DNA of 64,000 nucleotides from a virus. Made by a program: the position numbers and the translations under genes. Location of the stretch: IMG/VR virus record IMGVR_UViG_3300048861_000143, positions 25,078-89,077 of that record; one strand, written 5' to 3'. Every line of letters begins with the position of its first letter. Positions within the stretch are counted from its first letter, which is position 1. Below, in pieces: positions 9,266 to 19,700 of this stretch. The notes under the pieces were generated by a model, which saw only the letters and a list, made by a program, of their open reading frames with translations, did not search any database and had not been told where the DNA came from.

Positions 9266-9615
9266 TTTTTTGCTTCAGCCGCGATCGAGACGGAGCGGCG
9301 CTCAGTCTCGTCCTTCAGCCACATCGCAACCGAGTACATGCCCTCATCGGTGAGCTTGAAGATCACGGACTCGACTTGGTCGGCATTGCGGGCCTCAGGA
9401 ACCGGGGTCTCATCGATCCTCGTGACCGCTAGGGCCACGATGGCGTTGCCCCACCACTCCTGGTTCTGCTGCAGATCGGCCCCGATAAAGCGGGCCAGGC
9501 GCATGCGCAGGAAGCTTGTCGGATACCGGAGCGTGAGCAGGCGCCCGAGCGAGTCCCGGACTTCGGCAGTGGCATTCGCGTCACCGACGACGCGGTTCAC
9601 GGGGGAGTCGACCAT
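9262..9615 (-). CDS. Tail assembly chaperone (gpG-type)
   Basis: MVDSPVNRVV...; TGATG overlap with the tube stop; ends at the slippery site. Confidence 0.75.
   Translation of the reverse strand: MVDSPVNRVVGDANATAEVRDSLGRLLTLRYPTSFLRMRLARFIGADLQQNQEWWGNAIVALAVTRIDETPVPEARNADQVESVIFKLTDEGMYSVAMWLKDETERRSVSIAAEAKN
9265..9271 (-). other. Programmed -1 ribosomal frameshift heptamer A-AAA-AAC
   Basis: GCA AAA AAC TGA at the chaperone 3' end; fits X-XXY-YYZ in the correct phase. Confidence 0.75.
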
Positions 9616-10058
9616 CAGACGGGCCTCCGGCGGTTGGCGTGAAAGGTGAGCTTCTGGGTGACGGCGGAGTCCGATTTCCACGACCCGGCATCATCGAGCT
9701 TGATCGCGACGTTATCGAACGAGAAGGTGGTGGTGCTGCCATCCGCCTCATTGATGTACTGGAACATCGTGCCGACGCCGTAGCTGCCCGTGTCGAGCCA
9801 CAGGGCCTCGATCCTGGACATCAGCATATCCAGAGAGTTGGAGCCGCGAGCGACTTCCATCGATCCCGTCCAGCCCTTCGGCAGCTCGGCGTTGAGCTGC
9901 ACGCCGTCCAGGCGGTCGATCTTGAGCGTCGCAGTCTCCTGCTTCGCCTCGAAGTTCGTGACGTTGTCCAGCTGGACCTGACCGACCGCAGGGTGAATGA
10001 GCACGATCGTGCAGTCGCGGCCGGTGTTGAAGCGGCCTTGTGTTTCATTGATTGCCAT
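9615..10058 (-). CDS. Tail tube protein
   Basis: 147 aa directly after sheath; FNTGRDCTIVL, GWTGSMEVAR motifs. Confidence 0.85.
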   Translation of the reverse strand: MAINETQGRFNTGRDCTIVLIHPAVGQVQLDNVTNFEAKQETATLKIDRLDGVQLNAELPKGWTGSMEVARGSNSLDMLMSRIEALWLDTGSYGVGTMFQYINEADGSTTTFSFDNVAIKLDDAGSWKSDSAVTQKLTFHANRRRPV

Positions 10059-10082
10059 TTGGAGCCTCTATGGATCCGAGGA

Positions 10083-11639
10083 TCAGACCGTGACCTGGCC
10101 GCTCTGGAGCGTCTGCCGGGTCACTGTGACGGTCTGGCCGCCTTCCATGTTGATGATGAAGCGCTCGTTGATGGCCTGGTACTGGACCTGAACATCGATC
10201 TGGAAGAAGCCCAGCTTCACGCGCTCTGGCGGGTTGTTCGTGCCGGGGCCGATGCCGCAGACGACCGAGAACGGCAGCCCACCATCATCATAGTCCTGGC
10301 CGAGCATCCTCTGCCCCACGAGGCCCTGCAGGAACGCGCAAACAGTTGCCTTCGCCTGCCGCACGAGGTCGTTATTGATCGGGCGGCCGAGGTAGACGCC
10401 CATGCCCCGGTCGAGGCTCGTGGCGATGAAGTTGGTCAGCCGCGTGTACCAATCTCCGCACACGTCGGCGCTTGAGCTGGAGTTGTGCCCGATGCGGCAG
10501 GTCCACATCGAGAGCCCGCCGCCGCCAGGGTTGGTGATGACGTCGATGCCAGCATTCTGGAGCTGCTGAATTTCAGCGAGGCTGTAGGTCGCGAGCGTGC
10601 TGGCCGACTTCTGAGACCCGGCAATGCCGTAGAGGGCCTTGTTGAGGGCCGACTGCTCCGGCGAGAGGTTCGCGAGCCTGCCGGCGGCGAAGCCCTGGGG
10701 GCTGACGTAGCGGCTCACCTGGTTGAAGGGGTCGTACCACCACAGCCAGTCGCCGAACATCAGCTTGCAGGCATAGGTGTCGAGCCCGGCAGTCTGCTTG
10801 GCTGTGATCGCGTTGGCGATCGTGTCGCCGCTGGGGCCGGTCAGGATGGCTTCCATCGCCTCGGGCCCGGCCAGCGCATCGACTGTCGTCCACTTCGTGG
10901 GGTCGTCCAGATCGGCCGGAACGAGCAGGCTGCATCCCTGGCTCCGCAGAGCATAGATGCCGGTGCGCTGGACAGCATCCACGCCGACGAGCTGCGCGCT
11001 CGTGACGGCTGCGCCGTCAGTGCCGCCGGAGAAGGTGAAGGTCGCCGCGCTCGGCGCCGTCGTGCCCGCGGCCGCGGTGGCAACGATCAGGCTGGACGGG
11101 CCGCGTCGGCCACCAGTCCCCTTGTTGATCGCATTCGCCAGCGCAACCCAGAACGCGTTTCCGGTCCCGACGATGTTGTCGAAGATCTCGGGCTGTCCGC
11201 CCGGCACCCCGACCATCGCCTTCCAGGAGCTCGCCTTCGAGCCAGCCGAGAGGCTGACCTGCAGTGCGTTCCCGGCGGTTCCGGTGTAGCGCGCCGCGAA
11301 GGTGCAGCATGTCGCGACCCCGGTGGAGGACGCGGCCGTGTCGCTGCCGTCGGTGACGCGGACGATCCGGAAGTTGTTGGCGCCCTGCAGCACCGCGACG
11401 GCGACCTGTGTGCCGGCATCGTATTTCCGGGCCACCGGAGAGCCGAAGGTCAGCGCGTAGGACGGCATGTCGCTGACGGTCACCGGCTGGTTCACCGGGC
11501 CCCAGGCCGCGGTCCCAACCACGCCGATGATGTTCGTCGAGGCGCCCGGGATCAGATAGGTCTGCGGCGGAACGATCGTGACGTAGAGATCGGGGACCAA
11601 GTTTGAGGCCGTGTTATACTGGCCTTGGTTCAGGATCAT
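10083..11639 (-). CDS. Tail sheath protein
   Basis: 518 aa; PDLYVTIVPP, GVVGTAAWGPVNQPV, C-terminal sheath domain (YTRLTNFIA...INERFII). Confidence 0.92.
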   Translation of the reverse strand: MILNQGQYNTASNLVPDLYVTIVPPQTYLIPGASTNIIGVVGTAAWGPVNQPVTVSDMPSYALTFGSPVARKYDAGTQVAVAVLQGANNFRIVRVTDGSDTAASSTGVATCCTFAARYTGTAGNALQVSLSAGSKASSWKAMVGVPGGQPEIFDNIVGTGNAFWVALANAINKGTGGRRGPSSLIVATAAAGTTAPSAATFTFSGGTDGAAVTSAQLVGVDAVQRTGIYALRSQGCSLLVPADLDDPTKWTTVDALAGPEAMEAILTGPSGDTIANAITAKQTAGLDTYACKLMFGDWLWWYDPFNQVSRYVSPQGFAAGRLANLSPEQSALNKALYGIAGSQKSASTLATYSLAEIQQLQNAGIDVITNPGGGGLSMWTCRIGHNSSSSADVCGDWYTRLTNFIATSLDRGMGVYLGRPINNDLVRQAKATVCAFLQGLVGQRMLGQDYDDGGLPFSVVCGIGPGTNNPPERVKLGFFQIDVQVQYQAINERFIINMEGGQTVTVTRQTLQSGQVTV

Positions 11640-11806
11640 CAGCTGTGCTCCTGCGCACTGTCAGGCTGAGCTTGATCGGCCACTTGGACCTTGATCACTG
11701 CGCTCGGATTGCTTTCCAGGACACTCTTGACCTGTTCGGGATCGGCGATGCGGTCACCGGTCGCGTGATCTGCGAACGGATGCACCACCACGAGCTCAAT
11801 GCTCAT
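11639..11806 (-). CDS. Small hypothetical protein upstream of sheath (55 aa)
   Basis: MSIELVVVHPFADHATGDRIADPEQVKSVLESNPSAVIKVQV...; stop overlaps the sheath ATG. Confidence 0.6.
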   Translation of the reverse strand: MSIELVVVHPFADHATGDRIADPEQVKSVLESNPSAVIKVQVADQAQPDSAQEHS

Positions 11807-11857
11807 GCGGGGGCCTCTGTGGATTGATGTGGGAGAGAAGGGCGGCGAGAGCCGAGG

Positions 11858-12727
11858 TCAGATCGTGATCTGGAACTCGGTCCCGTCTTCGTTGACGTCC
11901 ATGCCGACGAACAGCACCTCAGGGTGCGTCTCGACGAGGGTGGTGGAGTATTCGACCGTGTATCGAAGATCCCGGCGCCAGGCGCTGGCCTGCTGCGCCT
12001 TGTCGAAAGTCGCGACCGAGTAGTAGCGCAGGTCTCCGAAGGACGAGTCTGGCAGCTGAATGAAGGTCGTCAGCGCGCCGGCTTCATTGGTGAGACCAGC
12101 GAAGCCCGCGTCGACCACGGACATGACTTTGTCCCGGGCCGCTGGCGTGGGCGCCCACCCCATGACCCAGAAGTGCTGCAGCTGTCGCCGGGTCTCGAGC
12201 CACTCCGTCCGGTCGGCAACAACGTGAGCATCGAGCGTCGCTCCGGAAACGGTCACGACGTTCGATGCGACGGCCGCCCCGGGGATCATGACTGCCAGCG
12301 CGGACGCCACGGTCAGGGGGCTGTCGCCGGCCTTGATGCGGTAGGCGTAGGCCGACGGAGGCACTCCTGAGATCGAGACTTTGATGCCGGCTACCTGCCC
12401 CAGATCGGCGTAACCGGTGAAGGTGACGGTGTCTTGCGAGGCGGTTGCCTCAAGTCGGGGCGTGACGGGCGGAGCCGCGTGCCATTGGGGCACGAACTTA
12501 GTCGTGCGCCGAGTGGCGCCGCCGACCGGGAACACGGTCACGGACATGGTGCCTTCGGCGATGTCCTGGTCCAGGGCCGCGGCGATCGGCCAGCCCCGGT
12601 AGACGCGGCACATCACCCCGGTTTTCTGGGACAGGACGGCGGACCCTTCGCGATAGCTCTGTCCGAGGCCGAGCGATCGGGCGGTCTCGCGGACAAGAAC
12701 AGCCTCGACGTCGGAGAGATCGGCCAT
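11858..12727 (-). CDS. Tail completion/terminator-like neck protein
   Basis: 289 aa; position before the sheath. Function assigned from synteny only. Confidence 0.55.
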   Translation of the reverse strand: MADLSDVEAVLVRETARSLGLGQSYREGSAVLSQKTGVMCRVYRGWPIAAALDQDIAEGTMSVTVFPVGGATRRTTKFVPQWHAAPPVTPRLEATASQDTVTFTGYADLGQVAGIKVSISGVPPSAYAYRIKAGDSPLTVASALAVMIPGAAVASNVVTVSGATLDAHVVADRTEWLETRRQLQHFWVMGWAPTPAARDKVMSVVDAGFAGLTNEAGALTTFIQLPDSSFGDLRYYSVATFDKAQQASAWRRDLRYTVEYSTTLVETHPEVLFVGMDVNEDGTEFQITI

Positions 12728-13021
12728 TCAGGCCTCCACCCCGAAAGCGCCGCGGATGTGGCAGTCCCGACCGGTCACCGTCTGCACGTGCAGATCGATG
12801 GTGTACTGGGTGCCGGCAACGCCGCCCGAGACCCATACGACCGCGACCGGACTGGCGAGCACGACAGTTTCAACGGTCGCGCTGCTGGGGGAGATCGTCG
12901 CTGTCGGAGTGCCCAGGACCGCATCGCTGTCACCGAGCCAAGCCGCTAGATCGAAGCCGAACCCATCCTTGTCGGCGGCGCGCTTGTTGTCGAAGACGTA
13001 GACGGGGAGCGCCTTGGACAC
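12728..13021 (-). CDS. Fibre-adaptor-like small beta protein
   Basis: 97 aa; KR.ADKDGFGFDLAAWL...VVWVSGGVAGTQYTIDLHVQTVTGR aligns by eye with the C-terminal domain of 16735-19776. Confidence 0.6.
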   Translation of the reverse strand: MSKALPVYVFDNKRAADKDGFGFDLAAWLGDSDAVLGTPTATISPSSATVETVVLASPVAVVWVSGGVAGTQYTIDLHVQTVTGRDCHIRGAFGVEA

Positions 13022-13120
13022 AGCACAGTCCTATTCAGAAGAGTGGTTTAAGAGCGGATCGCGGGATCGGATCGGCCCTAGCCGCCCCGGCCAGCGGGGC
13101 TTGGCAATCGATAGGCGTCC

Positions 13121-14338
13121 TTATTCGTTCATCAGAAGGGAGAAGTAAGGCTTAGCCCATTCGGCGTAGCCAGTCCCATTGGGATGGAGGGTGTTTGCGT
13201 ATAGCCCGAGCGGGTTGGTTATCTCGTAAGAACCCCAGCGAGCGGAGCCGTCAATGATCACGCAGCCATTGCTCAGGGCAAGCGTCCGTGCCGCTGCGGT
13301 GTATTGGGCTTGCGTTGCAGCAGTTGTCCGGGTGATCGCGGAGGGTGCCGGCGTCACTACCACGCAATCACCCACCGCCTTCGCCGCACTTATGATCGCC
13401 TGCAAGCCCGTGGTATAAGTCGCCACGCTCTCGGAGTTGACCCAGTCGTTAATGCCGAGATCGATGAATGTTACGTCAGGCGTCAAGGCCGCGATCATCA
13501 GCAGCGGAGACCAGGGGAAGCTGCTGTCGTTCCAGTCCGTTACCCTAGAGCCGGACCACCCGGCGTTCATGATGTGAACAACTCCGGTGGACGGGTCTAT
13601 AGCCTCAATAGCAACGACGTAGCAGGGGCCCCCGGATACCCAATTGAGGGAGATGGTGTTGGCTCCCTGACTTGCACTGAAGGTCTGCGAGGCCAATGCA
13701 ACGCTGCCGAAGTTCGTGTTTACGTTCGTCGCCGCGCCGCCGTTGACAGCCACGCTGAATGTCCCGTTACCGCCGTTGGTCGAATACCAGACTTTGAACC
13801 CCGCGTTTGTCCCTCCAGGTGTGAAAACGCTAGGTGTAGTCGCGGTCGTCAGCATGAGGAGTTGAGCACCCGCCGTGGGATGGGTAGCGAAGAATCCCCC
13901 TGACCCGATGGAGAACCTCGGGTCATTGTCCCTTGCATTTTCAAGGGTAGAAACCCCGAGTCCAATTAGATTGTTGTCAGCAGCCGGAAGCCCAGCCCCG
14001 GTCAACATTTGTCCCAAGACGGTCGGGAAGGCATGTATCCGAGCCTGCGAGGTGGTGGCGCTCGCGTAAGCGCCATAAGTGGTGCTGTCCCCGACAAATA
14101 AGAGGCGAGCCGATCCAGTCTGCGCTCGAACTCGCGCCAGAGCGGCGCGGGTTCTCCGGAGATACACCGGGTTCGCGTTCAAGACATAATTGGCCGCCAG
14201 CATGTTGTCGCCCGGGAATACCGTCCCTGACGTTGTTCCCAAAATAGTGGGAGGAAGCTGGGCCGCACGCGACAGCTTCGACAATCCGGCGGAGGCCGCA
14301 AGCGCAGCAGCCCCGGAGATCAGATGGCGACGCTTCAT
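13121..14338 (-). CDS. SGNH/GDSL esterase with twin-arginine-like leader
   Basis: Blocks FVGDSTT, NAGWSG, LGIND, TLHP; N-terminus MKRRHLISGAAALAASAGL. Confidence 0.85.
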   Translation of the reverse strand: MKRRHLISGAAALAASAGLSKLSRAAQLPPTILGTTSGTVFPGDNMLAANYVLNANPVYLRRTRAALARVRAQTGSARLLFVGDSTTYGAYASATTSQARIHAFPTVLGQMLTGAGLPAADNNLIGLGVSTLENARDNDPRFSIGSGGFFATHPTAGAQLLMLTTATTPSVFTPGGTNAGFKVWYSTNGGNGTFSVAVNGGAATNVNTNFGSVALASQTFSASQGANTISLNWVSGGPCYVVAIEAIDPSTGVVHIMNAGWSGSRVTDWNDSSFPWSPLLMIAALTPDVTFIDLGINDWVNSESVATYTTGLQAIISAAKAVGDCVVVTPAPSAITRTTAATQAQYTAAARTLALSNGCVIIDGSARWGSYEITNPLGLYANTLHPNGTGYAEWAKPYFSLLMNE

Positions 14339-14366
14339 CGGTTGGATCTCCTGGCCCGGTCGAGTG

Positions 14367-15737
14367 TCACCGGGGGCGTGTCGCCAGAATTTTGCTCAAC
14401 ACCTGCTGGGCATACACGGCAATGGCCGCAGCCCCGGCATCATTGTAGTGCGGCGGACGGGCACTGCTGTTGTACGCGGATAGAATAGCGGCAGTGTTTG
14501 CCGGATCGCGAACCGCCGCGTCATGATCGACATACAGCCAACCCGAGTTGCGGATGATGGTATTGAGCGCCTGTCGTGCGGTCTCTGCCGATCCGGACAA
14601 AGCCCACGGCTGGGCCGTCGCGAGCACCGGAACAATCCCGCGCCGAACGCACCAATCGCAGAGCGCGAACGCGTTGGCGAGCGAGACGGCATACGGGCCG
14701 GATGTGACCGATGTCGGCACTCCGTCATTAGGGCTTTCCGGCTTGATAATCAGCACATCCGGCCTCAGTACCGGAGCCAGCGTGTATATTTCAGCGTGAA
14801 ATACCGTGGACTTTCTACCCTGGTATCCGCGATTGGCGAATATGACTGGGGTCGTCGGTGTGGATAACGCAGCGCAGGCAATGTGGTAGGGGCTGTCCTG
14901 ATAGGTATCCGTGCCGAACCCCTGGAACAAACTGTCACCCACCGCCATTACGGAAAGACCGCGAGCACGCGAGATGAACTGCATGCCGGAGCTCGCCATA
15001 TAGCTGGTCGTTTGCACCGGGGCTGTGATCGTCCCCGGGGTGGTGGCGGAGTCACCCCCTACATATCCACCCCGCACGATGCGCCCGCTGGCCACGGCAT
15101 CGAAGGCGGTGAAACTGACAGCAGGGAGTGCGCCAGCACCGTAATTGGTCGATGTATAGACACGGATGAACACTAGCGGCAGCGTACCGCCATCCAACCG
15201 GGCAAGCGACTGAACCTTTGTCCAGTCCCCCAGGATTACTGATGGGTTGAGCAGATTGCCGGTGCCGGTCGTTTGTCCCGCTACTCCCGCTGGCTGCGTT
15301 ACGTTGCGCACCGTGCCAGGCAAGGCCGCGTTCGGCCCGAGCGGCGAAGCGTCGCTACCGCCGTTGTTGAAGTAGACCGGAACCCAGAGAGTATTATCAG
15401 CCACTCCCGATGCGTTGGTCGGATTCGCTCCGTCGTTCAAAGTGCTGCTGGGAGCTATGGATACGGCCGTGATAGCCCCGACCGAAGCGGACTCGTTCAA
15501 AAATACTGGACGAACCCAATCGAAAGCGGCTTCGGCCGTGAAGACTCCGCAGATTGTATAGGTCCCCGTGACCTGGATATTGGCCCCGCAAAACGGGATG
15601 CGGGTCTGAACCGATCCGAACGTGTTCGGCCCGAGTGGCGCGGGCGCCGGCGGAAGGCTGGCAGCAGCGGCCAGCTTCGGAAGCCCGGCCGCGATCGCGA
15701 GCCCAGTAGCCCCGGAGATCAGATGGCGACGTTGCAT
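14367..15737 (-). CDS. SGNH/GDSL esterase with twin-arginine-like leader
   Basis: Blocks AVGDSLF, NRGYQG, SPND, PHYN; N-terminus MQRRHLISGATGLAIAAGL. Confidence 0.8.
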   Translation of the reverse strand: MQRRHLISGATGLAIAAGLPKLAAAASLPPAPAPLGPNTFGSVQTRIPFCGANIQVTGTYTICGVFTAEAAFDWVRPVFLNESASVGAITAVSIAPSSTLNDGANPTNASGVADNTLWVPVYFNNGGSDASPLGPNAALPGTVRNVTQPAGVAGQTTGTGNLLNPSVILGDWTKVQSLARLDGGTLPLVFIRVYTSTNYGAGALPAVSFTAFDAVASGRIVRGGYVGGDSATTPGTITAPVQTTSYMASSGMQFISRARGLSVMAVGDSLFQGFGTDTYQDSPYHIACAALSTPTTPVIFANRGYQGRKSTVFHAEIYTLAPVLRPDVLIIKPESPNDGVPTSVTSGPYAVSLANAFALCDWCVRRGIVPVLATAQPWALSGSAETARQALNTIIRNSGWLYVDHDAAVRDPANTAAILSAYNSSARPPHYNDAGAAAIAVYAQQVLSKILATRPR

Positions 15738-16252
15738 CAGTTGTCCCTCACCGCCACCTTGTCGGTGCTGCTGCCAGAGAACACAGACACCCGCCCCTTG
15801 TGCTCATCGCACGCCATGGAGCCGCCCTGGCCGCCGGCTGTGCCGCCCGAAGCGAGCGAGAACACCGTCGGCGACGCGCCCGCGCCATCATCGAAAACCA
15901 CGAGTTGCGCGCCCGCCGACCGGTTCATGATCTGGCAGTTGTGCCGGCCCGGATTTGCGGGAATGGTCGCGATCAGGGTCTGGCCCGCGATCGAGGGCGT
16001 GTAGCTGGGACCAGAGCCGAAGGAGACGCTTTCCTGGTTCGGCGAGTAATCGGTGCCGTTTCCGCCGGCCGTGGTCATCGGCAGACCGTGGATGCTGTCC
16101 ACGCGCTGCGGCTGACTGTTGGTGCCAATGAACCCGGCGACGAAGCCGCCCCAGGTTGCCCCGCTCGCGTCCTTCATCTCGACGACTGCGCTGAGGGCGG
16201 GAACTGCAATGCAAGCCGCCAGAGCGCCAATCAGGAGGGATTTGCTGGTCAT
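15737..16252 (-). CDS. Hypothetical protein with signal-peptide-like N-terminus
   Basis: MTSKSLLIGALAACIAVPALSA...; start overlaps the stop of the upstream gene (ATGA). Confidence 0.6.
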   Translation of the reverse strand: MTSKSLLIGALAACIAVPALSAVVEMKDASGATWGGFVAGFIGTNSQPQRVDSIHGLPMTTAGGNGTDYSPNQESVSFGSGPSYTPSIAGQTLIATIPANPGRHNCQIMNRSAGAQLVVFDDGAGASPTVFSLASGGTAGGQGGSMACDEHKGRVSVFSGSSTDKVAVRDN

Positions 16253-16731
16253 GCGACTTCTCCAGACATCAGAGCCACAGCGGAGGCGGTTTTCTGGAAT
16301 GGGCCGCTCGACGAAAAGACCAGGACGGCGCCGTTCGTCATGGCGAGTGGCGGGTCGAACCGGACGTCGATGGTCTGGGGCTGCGATGCCTGGAACTGCC
16401 ACGCCTTGACGGGCGAAACCGCGCCATCGGCGGGGATCGCCGTAGCGTCCAGAAGCATGAACCAGCCCGTATCGGTGGCATTCAGGTTGACCGCGAACAC
16501 AAGGCATGCGCTGGCCTTCATCACGAGCCCGGAGGAGATCGCGGTATTGGCGACAGGCGCGACCGGATCGCGGTTCTGCACCGGAAGCCGGTTCGTCGGC
16601 GTGACCGGGCCGCCATTCACTCGCGGCGTGCTCTGCAACGAGACGTTTCCGCCCAGGTCAGCAGTAGCGTTGAATGGTTTCGAACCCGAGGGAGTTACCA
16701 GGGATATCGTCGTCGTTGTGTCATTTGACAT
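16249..16731 (-). CDS. Hypothetical beta-rich structural protein
   Basis: 160 aa; FMLLDATAIPADGAVSP...FDPPLAMTNGAVLVFSSSGPFQKT; tight operon spacing. Confidence 0.6.
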   Translation of the reverse strand: MSNDTTTTISLVTPSGSKPFNATADLGGNVSLQSTPRVNGGPVTPTNRLPVQNRDPVAPVANTAISSGLVMKASACLVFAVNLNATDTGWFMLLDATAIPADGAVSPVKAWQFQASQPQTIDVRFDPPLAMTNGAVLVFSSSGPFQKTASAVALMSGEVA

Positions 16732-16734
16732 CTG

Positions 16735-19700
16735 CTAGAAACCCGACACGAGTGCGATGTAGCCGCTGTTGAGCGCCTGAGAGAAATCAGCGCCTGGAGG
16801 CCAGAAAAGGGATGGGCCATAGTCGGTGGATGGCGACGCCGCGGCGGTCTGGCCGGTTGCGCTGCTGACCTCGATCCCCACTAGCCATTCGAAGGTTCGC
16901 CCGCCCGTGGTGCTGGCATCCAGCTTCACCGTGTAGCTGCGCCCGGGAACTCCCCCAGACAGCCACGCGACTACACGAGTGCCGTTCAGCGCCACCGAGA
17001 CAGGCTGAAGTTCGCCGCTTCCCGACGGCGCGATAGAGATCGAGAGATTTGAAATATCATCGCCTGCATCGATGAGTGGCGCTGAGATTTCGAGCTCGTA
17101 GTCGAGAACCTCCGTTGGCCGCTTCTTAGGCCACCACGCTACGGTCGCGGCCAGCGGCGATGCTTGGGCCGGTACCGTTATGAGCCGGGACATCGTCAAT
17201 GCCAGATCACTCCCATCAGGCGGCAAGCAACTCAGGTCGTGAGCGAGGCTGCGTGTGGATCTTTGGGCGGGAAGCCCAACAACGACGAACCGTGCCGGCG
17301 GCACGGTCATGGCTGTTCGGCTGAGAGGTTGAACCTGCACTAGCCGCGCCAGAGGCACTGACAGAGCTGTTCGGCGGAGATGGCCAACCTGCACTTCCCG
17401 CAAAAGCGGAGCGACAAGTACCTGTTGGGTAGCGGTGGCTCCGAACTGACCAAGGCTGGCCTCAGCCGCGATCGCGTTCGAGGGCTGCTGAACCGACAGG
17501 CCGGCGCCGATCACGACCTTGCCGGCGGCGGCTACGCCCTGATTTGATTGGCGGACGCTGAGCGCGAGCCCGGAGAAGACCTTCCCCAGGACTGACGGAG
17601 CGTTGCCGTCCTGAGAGACCGAGATGTGGCCGCCAATCAGGACTTCGGCGGTGGCAGAGGACGCATTGTCCTGCTGGACCGCCGTCAGACGGGCTTCTGA
17701 TATTGGGCCGCCGGCAGCCGAGAGCGCCTGGGCGTCCTGGCTGATTGCGAGGGGGCCGAAGTCGGTCGAGTAATCGGCGGCGAAGGGTCTGGCGGTAACC
17801 CGCCCCTCGATCGCGGAGGCCGCTGAGGCGGATAGGGTCTGACCGGCCTGCTGAGCCGCACCGTTTCCGGCGACGATCGGCTGTCCGGATGCCGACAGAG
17901 ACTGCTGGGGTTGAGCGAGAGCTCCGGAGCCGGAGACTAGGCCGCCCGCACTCCCCTGCACCCCCTGGGACGCCTGACTGGCCGCCAAGGCGACCGAGAT
18001 GGGCGCCGAGCCTGCGGCGGAAAGTGTGTTCGGCCCCTGAGTGGTCGCCAGCGACAGGGCCATGATGGGCCCGGCCGATGCCGCTACTTGCTGCGGCTCC
18101 TGTTGGGTAGCGAGACTGCCGCGGACCCCGAGAACGCCGGATCCGGCGAAGGTGTGGTCGGCCTGGCTCTGGATGAGCCTGGCGCCGGCCACGATGCTTA
18201 CGCCCAGCGCGTTCCGCTGATCGTCCTGGGTGGCGCTGAGCCCCCCAGAGGCAACCACCGACCCAGTGCCCGCCAAGACCTGGGGGCCCTGCGTCGCGGC
18301 CAGCGGCGCTTGCCATCTCGAGATGGCAGAGGCCGAGAGCGCCTGATCAACCTGTATGAACCCGGAGGGGCCGAAGTCGGTCGAATAATCAGGTGAGAAA
18401 GGGGTCCCGGACGCTACCAGGACGGTAGCGTGCGCTGCCAGCTGAGACGCCTGCCCGGCCGCCAGCGCACCGCCCAGGACGACCCCGCCTGTAGCGTTGA
18501 CGGTCTGCGCGTCCTGCACGATGGCAGCGGAGCCTCGCAGACCCACGGCGGACGAGGTGGCCGCAGTATTCGGGGCCTGAGAGACAGAAACCGCGCCCCT
18601 GACCCGGACAGAAACTGCCGTCGATGCAGCGTTGTCGGACTGGAGCGCCGCGAGATGCCCGACCGAGGTTACGCCCCCCGCCGCCGATAGTACCTGATCG
18701 AACTGGACGATGACCGCCGAGGCCGCCCACCCTGCGACAGCCGACGCAGACACTGAGTTGTCAGGCTGGAGCGACGCCAGCGTCGCGTTCCAACTCGCGA
18801 CGGCTGCGGCCGATAGCACCTGATCAGACTGGCTGAGTGCCGAGGCTGAGGGGCCAAAGTCGGTCGAGTAATCGGAGGAGAAGGGGCTGGCGGTGACGCG
18901 CCCCTCGATCGAGAGAGTAGCAGTCGCCGTTAGGGTTTGGTTGGCCTGAGCGGCCGTGACATGCACGCCCGTCGAGGAAATCCCGGCCGCCGTTAGGGCC
19001 TGATCGGCCTGAGCTGCGGTGACATGCCCACTGACCGTGGAACGTGCGGCAGCCGCTAGGGTTTGGCTGGCCTGAGATGCAGTGACGGTGCCTACTGCAA
19101 GCCCCGAACCACCGGTCGCGGATATGGTCTGCCCGGCTTGAGCGACGGCGACGGACCCGCGCACCACGGAACCGGCGGCCGAGGACAGGGTCTGGCCCTG
19201 CTGAGCTGCGGTGAGAGGCCCGCTCACCGTGGAGCTTGCGGCAGCCGCCAGGGTCTGTCCCGCCTGAGTGGCTGCGAGGACGCCCCGCGCTACGGGGCCG
19301 GCAGCGGCCGCTACGGTTTGGCCCGGCTGAGTGGCCGCGAGGACGCCCCGCGCTAGGGTGACGGCAGCGGCCGCTACGGTTTGGCCGGCTTGATTGGTGG
19401 TTACGCTCCCTCGTACCGAAGAAGTGGCGGAGGCGGTTAGGGTCTGGCCCTCCTGGGCGGCAGCGATGCCTCCGCGCACCGCGGGACCGGCAGCAGCCGC
19501 CAGGGTCTGGCCCGGCTGAGTGGCCGCGAGGCCCGCGCGCGACACGGGGCCGGCAGCGGCCGCTACGGTCTGGCCCGGCTGAGTGGCCGTGACGCTCCCT
19601 GAGATCCTAGAAACAGCAGCGGCCGCTACGGTTTGGCCGGCTTGATTGGTGGCTACGCTCCCTCGTACCGAAGAACTGGCGGAGGCGGTTAGGGTCTGGC

